A stretch of DNA of 8,384 nucleotides from Octopus sinensis (taxonomy: Eukaryota). The translations under genes and the position numbers were made by a program. Positions 7,071 to 8,384 of this stretch are shown one piece after another; within the stretch, counting starts at the first letter, position 1, and the number at the start of each line of letters is the position of its first letter. The stretch covers positions 1 to 8,384 of the forward strand of contig NW_021828401.1 of NCBI RefSeq assembly GCF_006345805.1, given 5' to 3'. The notes below the pieces were generated by a model, which worked only from the letters and a program-made list of their open reading frames with translations, did not search any database and had not been told where the DNA came from.

Positions 7071-7113
7071 GTGTGTGTGTGTGGTGTGTGGTGTGTGTGT
7101 TGTGTGTGTGTGT
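7039..7113. repeat. (TA)14 followed by imperfect (TG)n
   Basis: Read directly. The TA-then-TG order is the same as the internal microsatellite of the intact SINE at 1926-1973. Confidence 0.95.
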
Positions 7114-7193
7114 ACTGTATTATTAATTTTTCCTGACTTGCATTGTTGTGGCCCCCAAAATATTTAAAATATCAAACAATGTTTCAGGAAAAC

Positions 7194-7196
7194 CAC

Positions 7197-7254
<58 letters not shown>

Positions 7255-7291
7255 ACATATACACACAAACGCGCGCGCGCACACACACACA
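7194..7291. repeat. (CA)n microsatellite with embedded (GC)5
   Basis: Read directly. Confidence 0.95.
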
Positions 7292-7509
7292 ATCATACAC
7301 CCATATTCATTGAAATCAAAAGGATGTATATTACTTACCATGATCCCTTAAACGTCGGGCAGAAATATCGTGTACCTTTTTTTCATCTTTTTCAAACTTA
7401 GCCCTAAACTCATACGTGTTATTAATCTTGATGACAAACTCCGGGTCCCTGAAACTAATATATTACAATTGATAAATTTAATAAGAATGATTAAACAGAA
7501 ATAATATAA

Positions 7510-8384
7510 CTAGCACCATAACCCGGCGTTGCCAGGTCATAATGCTAGTGCATGCATATACAGCTGTGTGCATGCGCACATACACGCGAGTACTGTCCAA
7601 AATCTCCGACCAATCACATACAGCTAGCTGGCATTCAATTGGCGTATCAAGTTTTGGGCATTTTGATCGGGTTTTGGATAGAAAATTCACAAAAAAGTCA
7701 CTTCTGTTGATTTTTTAATGGCTTTGCGGGGTGACTGGGGAAATGTAAAGATGTGCACGACCACCCTTGGACGGTTTTGAATGACCATAGAAAGTGCGAG
7801 CCCTCTAACTGAAAAATTGTGGGTTTGTATAAAGGACACACACCCACAACCGACAGACGACTTTGGCCATTTATAGAGTCATAGTGCTAGTGCATGAATA
7901 TACAGCTGCGTGCATGCACACATACACGCGAGTACTGTCCAAATCTCCGACCAATATACACTATACAGCTAGCTGGCATTCATTGGCGTAATCAAGTTTT
8001 GGGCATTTTGATCGGGTTTTGGATAGAAAATTCACAAAAAAGTCACTTCTTGTTGATTTTAATGGCTTTGCGGGGAGGGGTGGGGGGGGAGTGTAAAGAT
8101 GTGCACGACCACCCTTGGACGGTTTTGAATGACCATAGAAAGTGCGAGCCCCTCTAAACTGAATCGTGGGTTTGTATAAAGGACACACCACACACACACA
8201 CAACATTTTGCCGTTTATATATATTTAATGGCTTTGCTGGGTGACTTGGAAATGTAAAAATGTGCACGACCCACCCTTGGACGGTTTTAAATTAAAATGA
8301 CCATAGAAAGTGCGAGCCCTCTAACTGAAAAATTGTGGATTTGTATAAAGGACACACACACACACACATTTTGCCGTTTATATA
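7510..8384 (-). mobile_element. Head-to-tail multimer of a short non-autonomous Helitron (units 7510-7877, 7878-8223, 8224-8384+)
   Basis: Minus-strand 3' end: hairpin ACCTGGC-AAC-GCCGGGT (7537-7521), then 7 nt, then CTAG|T (7513-7509). Unit 1 5' end is TCTATAAA at 7877. Units 2 and 3 begin TATATAAACGGCAAAATG(TG)n. GTCATA.TGCTAGTGCATG recurs at 7536 and 7878; TTTAATGGCTTTGC recurs at 7714, 8058 and 8224. Confidence 0.8.

Noticed and set aside
7269-7291. (GC)5 within (CA)n as a Z-DNA element
   Set aside because: A common microsatellite variant with nothing to suggest function.

Overview
Repeat-saturated, non-coding eukaryotic DNA. The SINE, Helitron and microsatellite make-up looks like an Octopus/cephalopod genome (recalled, not searched). 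I can support no intact protein-coding gene: nearly all listed ORFs are microsatellite or repeat read-throughs. Left to right: a 179/178-bp tandem array with alternating unit types (1-1047); a degenerate telomere-like tract; a CORE-type tRNA SINE (1764-2165); a Helitron-like 5' end (2507); a 660-bp-arm palindrome with a 28-bp spacer, built from a 617-bp tandem unit that seems to hold a decayed LINE reverse-transcriptase fragment (3166-4636); an RTE-derived retroposon split by a microsatellite block (5294-5998, minus); a second tRNA SINE (6035-6417); a SINE fragment whose (TA)n tract hosts a 324-bp Penelope-like element with two head-to-head minimal hammerhead-ribozyme-like motifs (6715-7038); and a head-to-tail Helitron multimer running off the right edge (7510-8384, minus). 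The best leads are the inverted hammerhead pair and the microhomology-defined fold-back palindrome. Family names come from recalled consensus motifs, and alignments were done by eye.
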